This document shows, in pieces, positions 17,557-27,396 of a DNA stretch of 29,448 bases. Made by a program: the position numbers and the translations under genes. This DNA comes from Candidatus Jordarchaeia archaeon. Lineage in GTDB: Archaea > Asgardarchaeota > Jordiarchaeia > Jordiarchaeales > Jordiarchaeaceae. The DNA lies in contig JAHQXB010000177.1 in the NCBI GenBank assembly GCA_029856435.1, forward strand, positions 1 through 29,448. Reading direction: 5' to 3'. A model generated the notes under the pieces. It was not told the DNA's origin, ran no database searches, and saw nothing but the letters and a program-made list of their open reading frames with translations. The number at the start of each line of letters is the position of its first letter. Positions within the stretch are counted from its first letter, which is position 1.

Positions 17557-17832
17557 TTTGAAGGGATTCTTAAATGCTAGGTGAATAGGCCATATGTTCA
17601 GCATTGACTTCTAAATTTTTGTTTTATTTGTGGTGGATGGTGTGGTCTGCCTGTTTCTATATCTTCTGCACCCAAAATTTTCACATGAAGGTTTCAAAAA
17701 AGCCAATTTGTGTGAAGCGGAAAAAGGGAAGCGGAGCGTTTCAAGCCCTTCTACCACAACAACCTCACACACTAGGGAGTTTTTATTGAATATATGGAAT
17801 GGGGGATGGGGTTTCACGTTTTTTGAAAATTT

Positions 17833-18828
17833 TTATTCTTTTATTAGGGGTAAGATTTCGTTTCCTATTGTTTTTATGGCTTTGCTTTTGTCGTCTGCGA
17901 TGGGGGAGCCAACTACGATTTGTGATACTCCGATTTCTTTGAGGTCAATCATTCTTTCTGTGACTGTCTCTTTTGTTCCGCAGATTGAGAAGGCGTCTAT
18001 CATTTCGTCTGTTACTGCGGCGAAGGCCTCAGTGATTTTTCCTTTTCCGAGAAGTTCTCGTAGTTTTTCTACGTCTGCTTCTGGAATTTCGTGTCTCTCA
18101 AGGACGATTGCTGGGGTGGCAGCCACAATGAATGTGACTACGGGTGCTGCGAGTTTTCGTGCTTCCTGTTCTGTGTCTGCTAATGAAAAGCTTGTGTAAG
18201 CTGCGATATCGAATTCTTGGGAGTTGTTCCTTAGACTCAGTGTTTCCTTTATTTTAGTTGTTGCAGGTTCCAAGTCTATGGGGTGGGAAGCGTTTATTAG
18301 TGCGCCGTCTCCTAGAGTTGCTGCGAGTTCCAGCATTTTGGGTCCTTGGGCGCCTACGTATACTGGAATTGGCCCGAACTTATTTTTGAAGTTAAGCCTT
18401 GCGCTTTTTATTTTGAAAACTTCTCCCTCAAATTTGACTGTTTCTCCCGCCCATAGCTTTTTGGCTATTGTTATGGTTTCCTGCACTGCTGTTAAGGGTT
18501 TGCTCCATTCAACTCCTAATTGTTTGAGGGTGGTAGCATCCCCCGCGCCAATACCCAATATTGCCCTACCATTTGAAACTTCGTGAATTGAGGCTATTGA
18601 GGAAGCTGTTACTGCAGGGTTTACCAGGAAGGGGTTTGTTACCCCGGTACCAAGTCTGATTTTAGATGTTTGCACCGCGGCCAGGGCTAGGGTTACGTAG
18701 GTGTTGCGATTGTTATAATGGTCGGTTATCCAGGCGAAGTCGAAATTGTTCGCTTCCGCCTCCTTTATGTACTCAACAATTTTATCGATTTTTTGTTGGG
18801 GTACGAGCTCAATTCCTAGTTTTACCAT
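17833..18828 (-). CDS. mer: F420-dependent methylene-H4MPT reductase Mer
   Basis: GIELVP, AWITDHYNNRN, LGTGVTNP, GRAILGIGAGD, PVYVGAQGPKML, VVGSPI. Confidence 0.92.
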   Translation of the reverse strand: MVKLGIELVPQQKIDKIVEYIKEAEANNFDFAWITDHYNNRNTYVTLALAAVQTSKIRLGTGVTNPFLVNPAVTASSIASIHEVSNGRAILGIGAGDATTLKQLGVEWSKPLTAVQETITIAKKLWAGETVKFEGEVFKIKSARLNFKNKFGPIPVYVGAQGPKMLELAATLGDGALINASHPIDLEPATTKIKETLSLRNNSQEFDIAAYTSFSLADTEQEARKLAAPVVTFIVAATPAIVLERHEIPEADVEKLRELLGKGKITEAFAAVTDEMIDAFSICGTKETVTERMIDLKEIGVSQIVVGSPIADDKSKAIKTIGNEILPLIKE

Positions 18829-18873
18829 TTCTGCTTCTTCCTATTTCTTGTTGCTTAAAAAGTGAGAGTGGAC

Positions 18874-19185
18874 TTATGTGCTTCTTATGTAGTCTGCTAG
18901 TTCTTTGCATCCGTGTTTCTCGCAGACTTTGGCGGTTTTTTCTGGTTCTACACTTAGTGCGGCTTTGAATAGGGCTTTCAGACCGTTGTTTGTTTCTAGT
19001 TTGCCCCGTCTCCAGAGTTGTAGGACGGCTCTTGCATATTCTGCGGGCATTGCGTCGGCGTTTTCTGTTTCTAGGACGGTGTCTATTATGTCCTCTACCA
19101 GATCCTCTCTCACTTTTGGATCTACTCTGCTTACAAGTTCGGCTAGCTCAACGGCAGCCAATTTTTCCTTTGCAAACAATACCAT
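18874..19185 (-). CDS. Small all-helical hypothetical protein upstream of mer
   Basis: The ATG at 19185 follows GGAGGT (track start 19203). Contains MPAEYARAVLQLWRRGKLET..GL..L..A...EPEKT. Lies 45 bp upstream of mer on the same strand. Confidence 0.75.
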   Translation of the reverse strand: MVLFAKEKLAAVELAELVSRVDPKVREDLVEDIIDTVLETENADAMPAEYARAVLQLWRRGKLETNNGLKALFKAALSVEPEKTAKVCEKHGCKELADYIRST

Positions 19186-19597
19186 TTTTTTATCTACCTC
19201 CAACCTTTGCTCGACATATTTAGCACATGTTTTGCTTATAAATTAAATGGTATGTTTTAGGAAATAAAAAAATAATAATTCGGGAAATTAAACCACTAAA
19301 TATTAAAGAAAAAAGCATTCATAAGAGGAAAACAGTAATAAAAAAAGGAAAGAAATGTCTGAAAAAAAAGATTCAAAATAAATTTTCGTCAAAAAAATGC
19401 AAAAAAACTGTTAAAAAATTGTTCAAAATAGGAAAACATTATGCTCTTTTTAACCTTAAAACCGATATTAATGTGATTAAAACGAAAAAAGCTTTACCAA
19501 TTTTTAATATAACAATTGATGAAGAAATGACGAAACAGGATTTTACCCCACATTTAATAAGTTAGTGCCAAAAATTTAAATCTAAATGAATGTTTGT

Positions 19598-19918
19598 CCG
19601 TTCTGACCCAGCGTTAACCTAGGTAACTTTGGGTCTTCCTCCCTCAAGTTCCATGGGGAGACCGGTTCACTCCCCGGGGAACGGTTGAAGCAGGCATATC
19701 TCTCCTGCTTTCGGTGGGAGGATGTTCTCAGTTGTGGCCCCGTCCCCCACTGGGCTTTTTCGAACCTCCCGCATTCTGGACGTGGCCGGAATCGGCTGCA
19801 CAACATGTTATGTGTGGTTGTTTTTAAGGGAATGATGGGTTTAATGGTTTTTCTTTAACGTTAACAGATGGAATAAGTTAACAAACTTTATTCTAAATAG
19901 AAGCAGTTTTAACACCCC
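19598..19918 (-). mobile_element. Non-autonomous element family A, copy 2 (321 bp)
   Basis: Full-length homolog of 5857-6174 with identical termini, unrelated flanks and no TSD. Confidence 0.7.
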
Positions 19919-19929
19919 ATTTATTCTTA

Positions 19930-20116
19930 CCATGTGTTCAAGAGGTGTTCCTTTTTTGTGTTGATTCCTTTTTTTGGTGGCTGGGTTGTTTGAGGGAAAT
20001 CCCCGGTTTTTAACATAAACATGTATAAAGATGAGGGCTGGAAGTCATATAGGGGAAAGGGACAGGGCGAAAACGCCACAAAAACCAGCAACAGTGAGTC
20101 CCATCTGAACATATGG
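19930..20116. mobile_element. MITE family B, diverged copy 3 (187 bp)
   Basis: Ends CCATGTGTTCAA / CTGAACATATGG. TSD ATTCTTA (19923-19929) / ACTCTTA (20117-20123). Same length as copy 1. Retains the internal TTTTGGTGGCTGG and CCACAAAAA landmarks. Confidence 0.75.
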
Positions 20117-20240
20117 ACTCTTAACCTCTAATTAGTTGCTGCGGGTTTGCAAAAGGCCTGCGAAGAAAACGAAGAAAATATTGGCTTATGAACTCCTTTT
20201 TCAGGGAAATAAGTAAAAACTTAATGGCGTAACGTTGTGC

Positions 20241-21083
20241 TTATTGGGTGTTTTGAACGCTGAGATTCAGGGTGTTGTGGAGTATTTTGTATACTTGGGG
20301 TTCCTTTATAGGCATGAGGCATACCCCGTCGGCGCCCAGTTCTACCAACATTTTTATATGTTCTTGCGCAAATTCGACGCCCGCCTGCACCTCATCTTCA
20401 GCGTCCCACAGTTTCTCTAGGAGTTCTTCTGGAACGAATAGTTCTGGTATAAATTTGTGTGCAAATTTGGCCTGATTAAATGAAGTAAAAACTCCAACTT
20501 TCATTATACTATACAAGCCGGCCTCCCTGGCCCTATGAATAATATCGAATATTAGTGCAGGGTCGTATGTTTCTAGTGCTACTATGAAGTCCACGCCCGC
20601 TTCTTTTGCTTCTCGGAAATCTACCCGCTCCTCGGTAAGCGGATTAATGGAAAGGCCAATTTTAAGATCTATATCGTAGTCGGGGTCTTCAAATTCCAAT
20701 TCATCTACCATTTTTCGGACTTCTCTTATAACCTCTAAAATGTTTTTTTCAACATAAACCTCGTCAGCGTTTTTTGCCACAAAAACTATGCTCCGCACTC
20801 CCGCTGTTAGTGCCGCCAGAACATCGGAATAAACGGCCTTTTCACTCCTACTGCCATAGGCAATCTCCATTATAGGCTCTACATTAAACTGGGAGAGGAG
20901 CATACAGGGAATAATGGGACTCATATGAATGTACTCGTTAGTGGAATCAGGAATCAGAATGGCGTCAACATAATCACTGAAGGCTTCCACTTCACGTAGA
21001 AATTTGAATGTATCAATCCCCTCTGGGGGATCAAATAATGCTATGGTCATAAATTCTCCACGAACCATTTTCTCCATAGCCAT
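20241..21083 (-). CDS. Divergent MetF/MTHFR-fold protein with altered active-site motifs
   Basis: MTHFR-like pattern (DPP, DAILIPDS, SPIIPC, AL.AGVRSI, AGVDFIV..ETYD, LFVPEELLE, GADGVCLMP). The canonical E-x-x-P glutamate, LxGD and TQ motifs are not conserved. Confidence 0.75.
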   Translation of the reverse strand: MAMEKMVRGEFMTIALFDPPEGIDTFKFLREVEAFSDYVDAILIPDSTNEYIHMSPIIPCMLLSQFNVEPIMEIAYGSRSEKAVYSDVLAALTAGVRSIVFVAKNADEVYVEKNILEVIREVRKMVDELEFEDPDYDIDLKIGLSINPLTEERVDFREAKEAGVDFIVALETYDPALIFDIIHRAREAGLYSIMKVGVFTSFNQAKFAHKFIPELFVPEELLEKLWDAEDEVQAGVEFAQEHIKMLVELGADGVCLMPIKEPQVYKILHNTLNLSVQNTQ

Positions 21084-21090
21084 ATTTATA

Positions 21091-21663
21091 TCAACCCCCT
21101 TTAATTACTAGTTTGCTAACTATCTTCATACCGCTGAGTGCGTCAAAATCCATATATAAGCCCTCTTTTTGATACTGCCAAACTAGGTAACCATCTTTTT
21201 CAGTTAGAGTAATTTTTGCTTCAGCATTTAATTCATTAAGAAATATTATCTCTTCCTTGGATAATATGCTTCTAGCTTCAATAAATCGGCTAAACTCAGG
21301 ATTCGAGTCGTCAAGATTAAAATTAACTATTGGAACCAATTCTAGATCCAGAGGTACTAATATGCTTGGAGGAATTTGTGTGCTCCCATAACCTTCCTCC
21401 TCAATTTTTCTTGTGGCGGAGCCTACTATGCTCTCCGGTATGTCTACCTCGCCTAAACGAGCCTTTCTTACAGTAATGAAGCTCTTTTCCAAATCCATTA
21501 ATCCAGGATAGTGATTTTGCGCTTTTTCACTGATAGACTCATATAACTTATCTATATTATCAGAAATTGCGTAGAAGGCTACCTTTGACTCGTATCCAAC
21601 CTTTGCAACCCACATTATGTTTCCCGAATTTTTCTTTTCTCTTATGGGAACATAAACCTTCAT
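21091..21663 (-). CDS. Hypothetical protein, operonic with the MetF-like gene
   Basis: 190-aa ORF with ATG start and a GGAGTG RBS. Its 3' end supplies the GGGGG RBS of the next gene, 7 bp downstream. Confidence 0.7.
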   Translation of the reverse strand: MKVYVPIREKKNSGNIMWVAKVGYESKVAFYAISDNIDKLYESISEKAQNHYPGLMDLEKSFITVRKARLGEVDIPESIVGSATRKIEEEGYGSTQIPPSILVPLDLELVPIVNFNLDDSNPEFSRFIEARSILSKEEIIFLNELNAEAKITLTEKDGYLVWQYQKEGLYMDFDALSGMKIVSKLVIKGG

Positions 21664-22247
21664 TGCTTGTCACTCCAAATTTTTTCTCTCTCTATAATAT
21701 ATAATACTATTGGCTGAAAATCGGAATTTTTAAAATAATTTTTTTACAGTTTAGTAAAAATAAAGGTAAAAAAAACATTTTTTGGGAAATTTTTTTCCGA
21801 AAAAGTTCTCGCGCCTTCTCTGAAAAACCTATTTTATAAACTTTTTGGTACGTTTAGCGGTAAAAATATGTTTCTTTCTTTCCGTTTTTTGGTTACAAAC
21901 TAAACAATTTGTTATTAGATATACGACCCTTTTTTCCAATTAATGAAACTAAAACTGTTTGGTCTATTTTAGTGAATTACTTTTTATTTTTGTTGCTAAT
22001 ATCGTCCCAAAATTGGTTTTAAACTTTTAAAACTAATAGAAATCATGTTCCTTTTTACCAAAATTCGTTTTCCCCTTAAAATTGGCTTACTTGCACGTTT
22101 TGGATTATCAATTACTATTTTCAAATATTTTTAGCGTTAATGTTTATGGTTTTATTCCAAAATGTTTATAAATTTTCCGAAATAAGTACTCTAAAGTAGA
22201 GCACCTAAAAATAATCGCTTCACTTAAGTGTAGAGGAGGAAAAAGGT

Positions 22248-22685
22248 ATGGAGCTGGATCCAATTAATAAGAAAATTATGGAAATGCTAATCAAGGATTC
22301 CAGAAGACCGTATAGGGAAATCGCTGACGAACTAGGGGTAACAGAGTCCACCGTGAGGAAGAGGGTTAAAAAATTGGTTGAAGACAAGGTTATTGAAAGG
22401 TTTACAGTGGCACTTAACCCCGAGAAAAGCGGAAAATCAATAATAGCCTATGTTGTAGCCTATCCCCAGAACCAGAGGGAGAGAGAAGTAGAAGAACTTG
22501 TCAAAGAATTGCCTGAAGTCGTGGAAGCCTACGCCATGTCCGGCAAGTGTGGTGTAAACATGAAAGTCGTGGTAAAGGATTTACCAAGCCTAAATGCCTT
22601 CCTAGAAAAATTGCAAAGCGAACCAGCAATAACAGCCCTCGAGAGTTGTATAGCACTCAAAGAATTAAAAAGATCCCTGATTTAG
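22248..22685 (+). CDS. Lrp/AsnC family transcriptional regulator
   Basis: LDPINKKIMEMLIKDSRRPYREIADELGVTESTVRKRVKKL HTH plus a RAM domain (VVEAYAMSG). GGAGG RBS. Confidence 0.95.
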   Translation: MELDPINKKIMEMLIKDSRRPYREIADELGVTESTVRKRVKKLVEDKVIERFTVALNPEKSGKSIIAYVVAYPQNQREREVEELVKELPEVVEAYAMSGKCGVNMKVVVKDLPSLNAFLEKLQSEPAITALESCIALKELKRSLI

Positions 22686-22937
22686 AACCTCCCGCCCCCA
22701 GATTGGACGCTATGATACGTTAGAATGATCAATTTTTCTCACACAAAAATATTATTGCTATGGAAAAACATTCCCAAAATTCGTAGAAGCTTGTAGTTTT
22801 TAGTGTTTTCAAATTTGGCTGGAATCTTCAAAAAGGGGAAGAAGTGTTATTTTAATCGTCGGTCCTCAATTTATTTTGAATGCCCGAATCGTAGCCAAAT
22901 AGTTTGAGTGGCGTTTATGAAGTGAAAAAATGAGGTT

Positions 22938-23378
22938 TTGGAGATAATGATGAAACTGGATGACATAGACGAAAAGCTGATTAGAATACTCTCGGAGGAT
23001 GGTAGAAAACCGATTAGTGATATTGCTGAAGAGCTTAACCTGAGCATTGCCACCGTTAGAAAAAGGATTCAAAGATTGGTTGATGAAGGCATAATTAAAA
23101 AGTTTACCGTAGTACTGAACCCGGAACTATCTGAGAACAGGATAACCTCAATTGTGACAGTGCAACCAGCGACACACCGATTGAACGAGATAGTGAATAG
23201 GCTTGCCGAATTTAAAGAAGTGGAGGAAGCATACCTTTTGACGAGGGGATGTGGCTTAATCATGAAGGTTAATGCCAACAGTCTCCCCGAACTCAACGAT
23301 TTCATTGAAAAGGTGAGAGGTATAAAGGGAATAATAGATATAGAAAACTGTTTAGTGCTGAGAAAAATCAAGGAATAA
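22938..23378 (+). CDS. Lrp/AsnC family transcriptional regulator (tandem paralog)
   Basis: LDDIDEKLIRILSEDGRKPISDIAEELNLSIATVRKRIQRL. The likely start is the ATG at 22947 or 22950. Confidence 0.95.
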   Translation: MEIMMKLDDIDEKLIRILSEDGRKPISDIAEELNLSIATVRKRIQRLVDEGIIKKFTVVLNPELSENRITSIVTVQPATHRLNEIVNRLAEFKEVEEAYLLTRGCGLIMKVNANSLPELNDFIEKVRGIKGIIDIENCLVLRKIKE

Positions 23379-23567
23379 AAATTAAAAGTAACACCTCCAA
23401 AATTTGTAATTTCTGAATGCAGCTAATAATAACTTGGGACACGTGAATTTCTCTTCTTATATTTTAGTAATTAAAATGATTTTTTGAATCAGTTTGCATA
23501 CTTCAAATCTTGGCTAATGTAACAAAGTTTTTGCTCGTTGAAGTTTTATTGGGCGGATAATTTTGGT

Positions 23568-23581
23568 GGAAAATTTATAAA
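23568..23581 (+). promoter_or_regulatory. Candidate BRE-TATA promoter of the hdr operon
   Basis: GGAAAA-TTTATAAA about 95 bp upstream of the hdrA ATG, matching the archaeal consensus. Confidence 0.5.
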
Positions 23582-23673
23582 TGGGATTCATCACCGTTCC
23601 TTGGAAGAATGTTGGCTTTGCGGGCTTACTTTTTCTGGGCACTGTTTCCTCAATATGAGAAGGTGTAAGAGTA

Positions 23674-26040
23674 ATGGTTGAAGTTCCACGGGTTGGAGTT
23701 TTCATATGTCACTGTGGCTCAAACATTGCTGGTGTAGTTGACATGCCCAGTCTCGTTGAATCCCTCAAAAAATTGTCAAACGTTTATGTTGAAGATTACA
23801 CCTATATGTGTTCTGACCCCGGCCTTAAACTAATTATTGATAAAATTAGGGAAGAAAAACTGGAAAGGGTAGTTGTGGCGTCCTGCACACCCAAACTCCA
23901 CGAAAAACTATTCCGGGAAGCCGTAGAGGAAGCTGGTCTCAACAAGTATTTGTTAGTCATCGCCAACATAAGGGAGCAGTGCTCTTGGGTTCATAGAGGG
24001 GACAACATGAGAGCCACGAAAAAGGCAGAGGATCTCATAAAAATGGCTATTGAGAGGGCACGGCTAATGCAGCCCCAACCCATACATACCGTACCCGTGG
24101 AGAAAAGAGTCCTAGTTATAGGGGGAGGAGTTACAGGAATAACCGCCTCCCTCAACCTCGCAGATATGGGATATGAAGTATACCTAGTGGAGAAAAATCC
24201 CAGTATTGGAGGCCACATGGCCCAGTTAGACAAAGTCTTCCCCTATCACGACTGCAGCATATGTATACTGGCACCCCTAATGGTGGAAGCCAACAGACAC
24301 CCCAAAATCAAGTTAATAACTTACGCCGAAGTAGAAAGCATATCAGGCTGGATAGGCAGTTTCAAGGTAAAAATAAGGAAGAAGCCCAGATACATCAAGG
24401 AAGAGGAATGTACAGGCTGCGGCATCTGCGCAGACTACTGCCCCGTAGAAGTTCCCAACGAGTTTGACTGTAGATTGGGAATGAGAAAAGCGGTGTATAT
24501 GCCCTTCCCTCAGGCTACCCCCACAGTTTACACCATTGATCCGGAGCACTGCATTGGTTGCCGAAGCTGTGAAGGGGTTTGTAATCGGGAAGCAGTAGAC
24601 CTGAACCAGAAGGAGGAGCTAATTGAGAACATTTTTGGAGCAATAATCATCGCTACTGGATTTGACACCTTTGACCCCACAGTTAAGGACAACTATGGCT
24701 ATGGAAGGTTCGATAATGTGGTCACCAGTCTGGAACTGGAGAGGATGTTTTGCGCCTCAGGACCCACCATGGGAGCCGTTGTTAGACCCTCAGACGGCGT
24801 ACCTCCCAAGAGGGTTGTTTTTGTCCAGTGTGTGGGTTCTAGAGATGAGAGTATTGGCAAACCTTACTGCTCTCGTGTTTGTTGTACCTACGCGGTGAAA
24901 GAAGCCAAAGAAATAAAGGATCACATTCCGGGTTCCGAGGTATACGTCTTTTATCAGGATATGAGGACTTTTGGTAAGGGGTTCGAAGAAGCTTACCACG
25001 ATGCTATAAGTGAGTATCGGATTCGATTCATTAGAGGAAGGGTTAGCAAAATAATAGAGAACCCCAAAAGTAAGAATCTTATAGTTAGGGCAGAAGACAC
25101 CCTAATGGGGCGGCCTGTAGAGGTGGAGGCAGATCTTGTAGTTCTCTCTGTAGGTTTATCGCCTCCAAAGGATCAGGATAAGTTTTTGTCAAAAATTGGG
25201 ATTCCCCTAAGTAGTGATGGTTTCATTCTTGAACGCCACCCCAAACTAAGGCCGGTGGAGACTCAAATAGCGGGAGTCTACGTTGCGGGTTGTGCTCAGA
25301 GCCCTAAGGATATTCAAGACAGTATTTCCCAAGCGGGAGCGGCGGCGGCTAAGGTTGCTGTTTTGCTTTCAAAGGGCGAGGTGGAAATTGAACCCTACGT
25401 TCCAGTTTTAGATCCTGAAGAGTGTTTCAAATGTGGTATATGTGCCACGACCTGTGATAGGGGAGCAATCTCCATTGGCAAAGAAGGAGTGAGTATAAAC
25501 GCTGCTGGTTGTGAGGGTTGCGGTGCTTGTGCTGCGGCTTGTCCGTCGGGGGCGCTACAGATTCCCATATCTACAGACGCCCAGATATTGGGTGAGATAG
25601 ATGCCGCTTTGAGGGATAAAAAGGAGTACCCGCTCATAGTAGCATTCCTGTGCAATTATTGCGCTTATGAGGCTGCAGACACCGCGGGGCTTAACAAGAT
25701 AAGATATCCAACTAACGTACGTCCTATATGGGTTATGTGTAGCGGGAGGGTGAATCCACAGTTTGTACTTGAGTCTTTTGAGAAGGGTGCAGATGGAGTA
25801 CTCATAATGGGTTGCTATCCTCAGGATTGCCACTTCCGGACGGGTTTTCTGAAAACCCAGCGAAGGGTGGAAGTGTTGAGTGAGATGCTCAAATCCATTG
25901 GAATTAATCCAAGAAGACTGAGATTGGAGAGTGTTTCAGCGTCGGAGGGTAAAAAGTTTGCCATGGTAGTGAAGGAGTTCACGGAGGAACTGCGTAGTTT
26001 ACCAACAATTGGAGCAGAGCTTTCTGAAAAGGTTATGTAG
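23674..26040 (+). CDS. hdrA: Heterodisulfide reductase subunit A fused to a C-terminal MvhD domain
   Basis: CHCGSNIAG, YMCS, SCTP, NIREQCSWVH, VIGGG FAD motif, DCSIC, CVGSR..YCSRVCC and four CxxCxxCxxxC motifs. C-terminal MvhD motifs: FLCNYCAY, VMCSGRV, GCYPQDCHF. Confidence 0.96.
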   Translation: MVEVPRVGVFICHCGSNIAGVVDMPSLVESLKKLSNVYVEDYTYMCSDPGLKLIIDKIREEKLERVVVASCTPKLHEKLFREAVEEAGLNKYLLVIANIREQCSWVHRGDNMRATKKAEDLIKMAIERARLMQPQPIHTVPVEKRVLVIGGGVTGITASLNLADMGYEVYLVEKNPSIGGHMAQLDKVFPYHDCSICILAPLMVEANRHPKIKLITYAEVESISGWIGSFKVKIRKKPRYIKEEECTGCGICADYCPVEVPNEFDCRLGMRKAVYMPFPQATPTVYTIDPEHCIGCRSCEGVCNREAVDLNQKEELIENIFGAIIIATGFDTFDPTVKDNYGYGRFDNVVTSLELERMFCASGPTMGAVVRPSDGVPPKRVVFVQCVGSRDESIGKPYCSRVCCTYAVKEAKEIKDHIPGSEVYVFYQDMRTFGKGFEEAYHDAISEYRIRFIRGRVSKIIENPKSKNLIVRAEDTLMGRPVEVEADLVVLSVGLSPPKDQDKFLSKIGIPLSSDGFILERHPKLRPVETQIAGVYVAGCAQSPKDIQDSISQAGAAAAKVAVLLSKGEVEIEPYVPVLDPEECFKCGICATTCDRGAISIGKEGVSINAAGCEGCGACAAACPSGALQIPISTDAQILGEIDAALRDKKEYPLIVAFLCNYCAYEAADTAGLNKIRYPTNVRPIWVMCSGRVNPQFVLESFEKGADGVLIMGCYPQDCHFRTGFLKTQRRVEVLSEMLKSIGINPRRLRLESVSASEGKKFAMVVKEFTEELRSLPTIGAELSEKVM

Positions 26041-26049
26041 GAGGATTAG

Positions 26050-27396
26050 TTGTTGAGTGATCGTGTAGAATTGGAAATCACAATGGATGTGCAGGACGAC
26101 AGGCTAATTTTTAAATGGAATACTGAGAAGCTGAAGAAAACACTTGACTATGACGCTTCAAGATGTTCGGGCTGCGGCTTGTGCAAATTGGTCTGTCCCT
26201 GTGATGCCATAGAGATGGGGCCGATACCTGAGATTGCAATGGGGGAGATAGATGCTCCCAAAGTGATGGTTGACCAGAACAAGTGTTCCTACTGCGGTTT
26301 GTGCTCTGCGGTTTGCCTAACAAAGGCTATGAAGCTTAAAATGGATGATCAGTACATTCAAGAAAACCCTGACTATCCCCAGTTTCTAAAGGACATTGAA
26401 ATAGACAAGGAGAAGTGTATTCCTTGCGTGTTGTGTGAGCATGCTTGCCCCAATAAGTCTATTACTGCTGATCTTAAGGTTCCCAAAAAGGAGGACTTGG
26501 TTATCTACAGGAAGGAGCCGGGTAAAATAGAGGGAGAGATTACAATAGACAAAGAAAAATGTACCTACTGTGGACTCTGTGAGAGGCTTTGCAAAGCTAT
26601 AGAGATTAGCTGGAGAGATGTAACCCCAAATAATCCCGCTCCCGGATACGATATCAGAGTGGTGGAGGATGAGTGTGATTACTGTGGGCTCTGCGAAAAA
26701 ATATGTCCAGACAAAGCAATCAAAGTTAATTGTAAAACTGAGGTTGATAGGGAAGTAAAAGATTTAGAGTGGACTGGAGAAATTAAAATAGATCGGGAGA
26801 AGTGTTTAACCTGTGGTTGGTGTAAAGCCGCTTGTCCAAGGGATGCTATACGGGTCACAAAGGCCTTTGAGGGAGAAATTCGCTTACACCATCCCGAGAA
26901 ATGCGATCCTGTGGGCTGTAAAGCCTGTCTAAACATTTGCCCCTCGAAGGTGTGGTTTATTCCTGAAACTATGGAGGAGAAGGAGAAATTTGACAAGATA
27001 GCCTTCAACCAGGATTTCTGTGGTTTCTGTGGGGCCTGTCAGAATGCCTGCCCAGAAAAAATCATAGAAGTTATAAGAAAGGATGTTCGGTACACAAAGC
27101 CGAATGAAACCCCTTGGAGCAGAATGTGGGAGCAAACATTCTTGAAGCTGGTGGGCAAAGCCGAAAAGATGCCCAAAATACGCATAGTGAAAATTGAAAA
27201 GATAGAGGAGGAAGAACCCACCATTCCTGAGGTGCAGGTTCCAGAGCTTACAGAGGAGATGAGGGAAAAACTATCTCAGCGTATAAAAAAGGCTAGAGAC
27301 TTTCTTAACGAGAAGAGCACGAGAATGCTCACAGAGAAGGGCAAAACAGAAAAGATCATAGAACGTTTGAAGAGGGAACTGGAGGTGGCTCAGTGA
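26050..27396 (+). CDS. Polyferredoxin with 8 [4Fe-4S] motifs, FwdF-like
   Basis: Eight CxxCxxCxxxC motifs counted, including the variant CDPVGCKACLNICP. Charged helical C-terminal tail. Confidence 0.9.
   Translation: MLSDRVELEITMDVQDDRLIFKWNTEKLKKTLDYDASRCSGCGLCKLVCPCDAIEMGPIPEIAMGEIDAPKVMVDQNKCSYCGLCSAVCLTKAMKLKMDDQYIQENPDYPQFLKDIEIDKEKCIPCVLCEHACPNKSITADLKVPKKEDLVIYRKEPGKIEGEITIDKEKCTYCGLCERLCKAIEISWRDVTPNNPAPGYDIRVVEDECDYCGLCEKICPDKAIKVNCKTEVDREVKDLEWTGEIKIDREKCLTCGWCKAACPRDAIRVTKAFEGEIRLHHPEKCDPVGCKACLNICPSKVWFIPETMEEKEKFDKIAFNQDFCGFCGACQNACPEKIIEVIRKDVRYTKPNETPWSRMWEQTFLKLVGKAEKMPKIRIVKIEKIEEEEPTIPEVQVPELTEEMREKLSQRIKKARDFLNEKSTRMLTEKGKTEKIIERLKRELEVAQ

Noticed and set aside
19582-19806. 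74-aa ORF across element A copy 2 as a TnpB C-terminal remnant
   Set aside because: It has no RuvC or zinc-finger motifs, and the frame is broken by a stop in copy 1. At most it is the non-conserved tail that overlaps an omegaRNA, so it is not called as a CDS.
21664-22247. Long AT-rich intergenic region as a replication origin
   Set aside because: No ORB-like repeats are visible and there is no adjacent cdc6/orc1. It is explained as a divergent promoter region.
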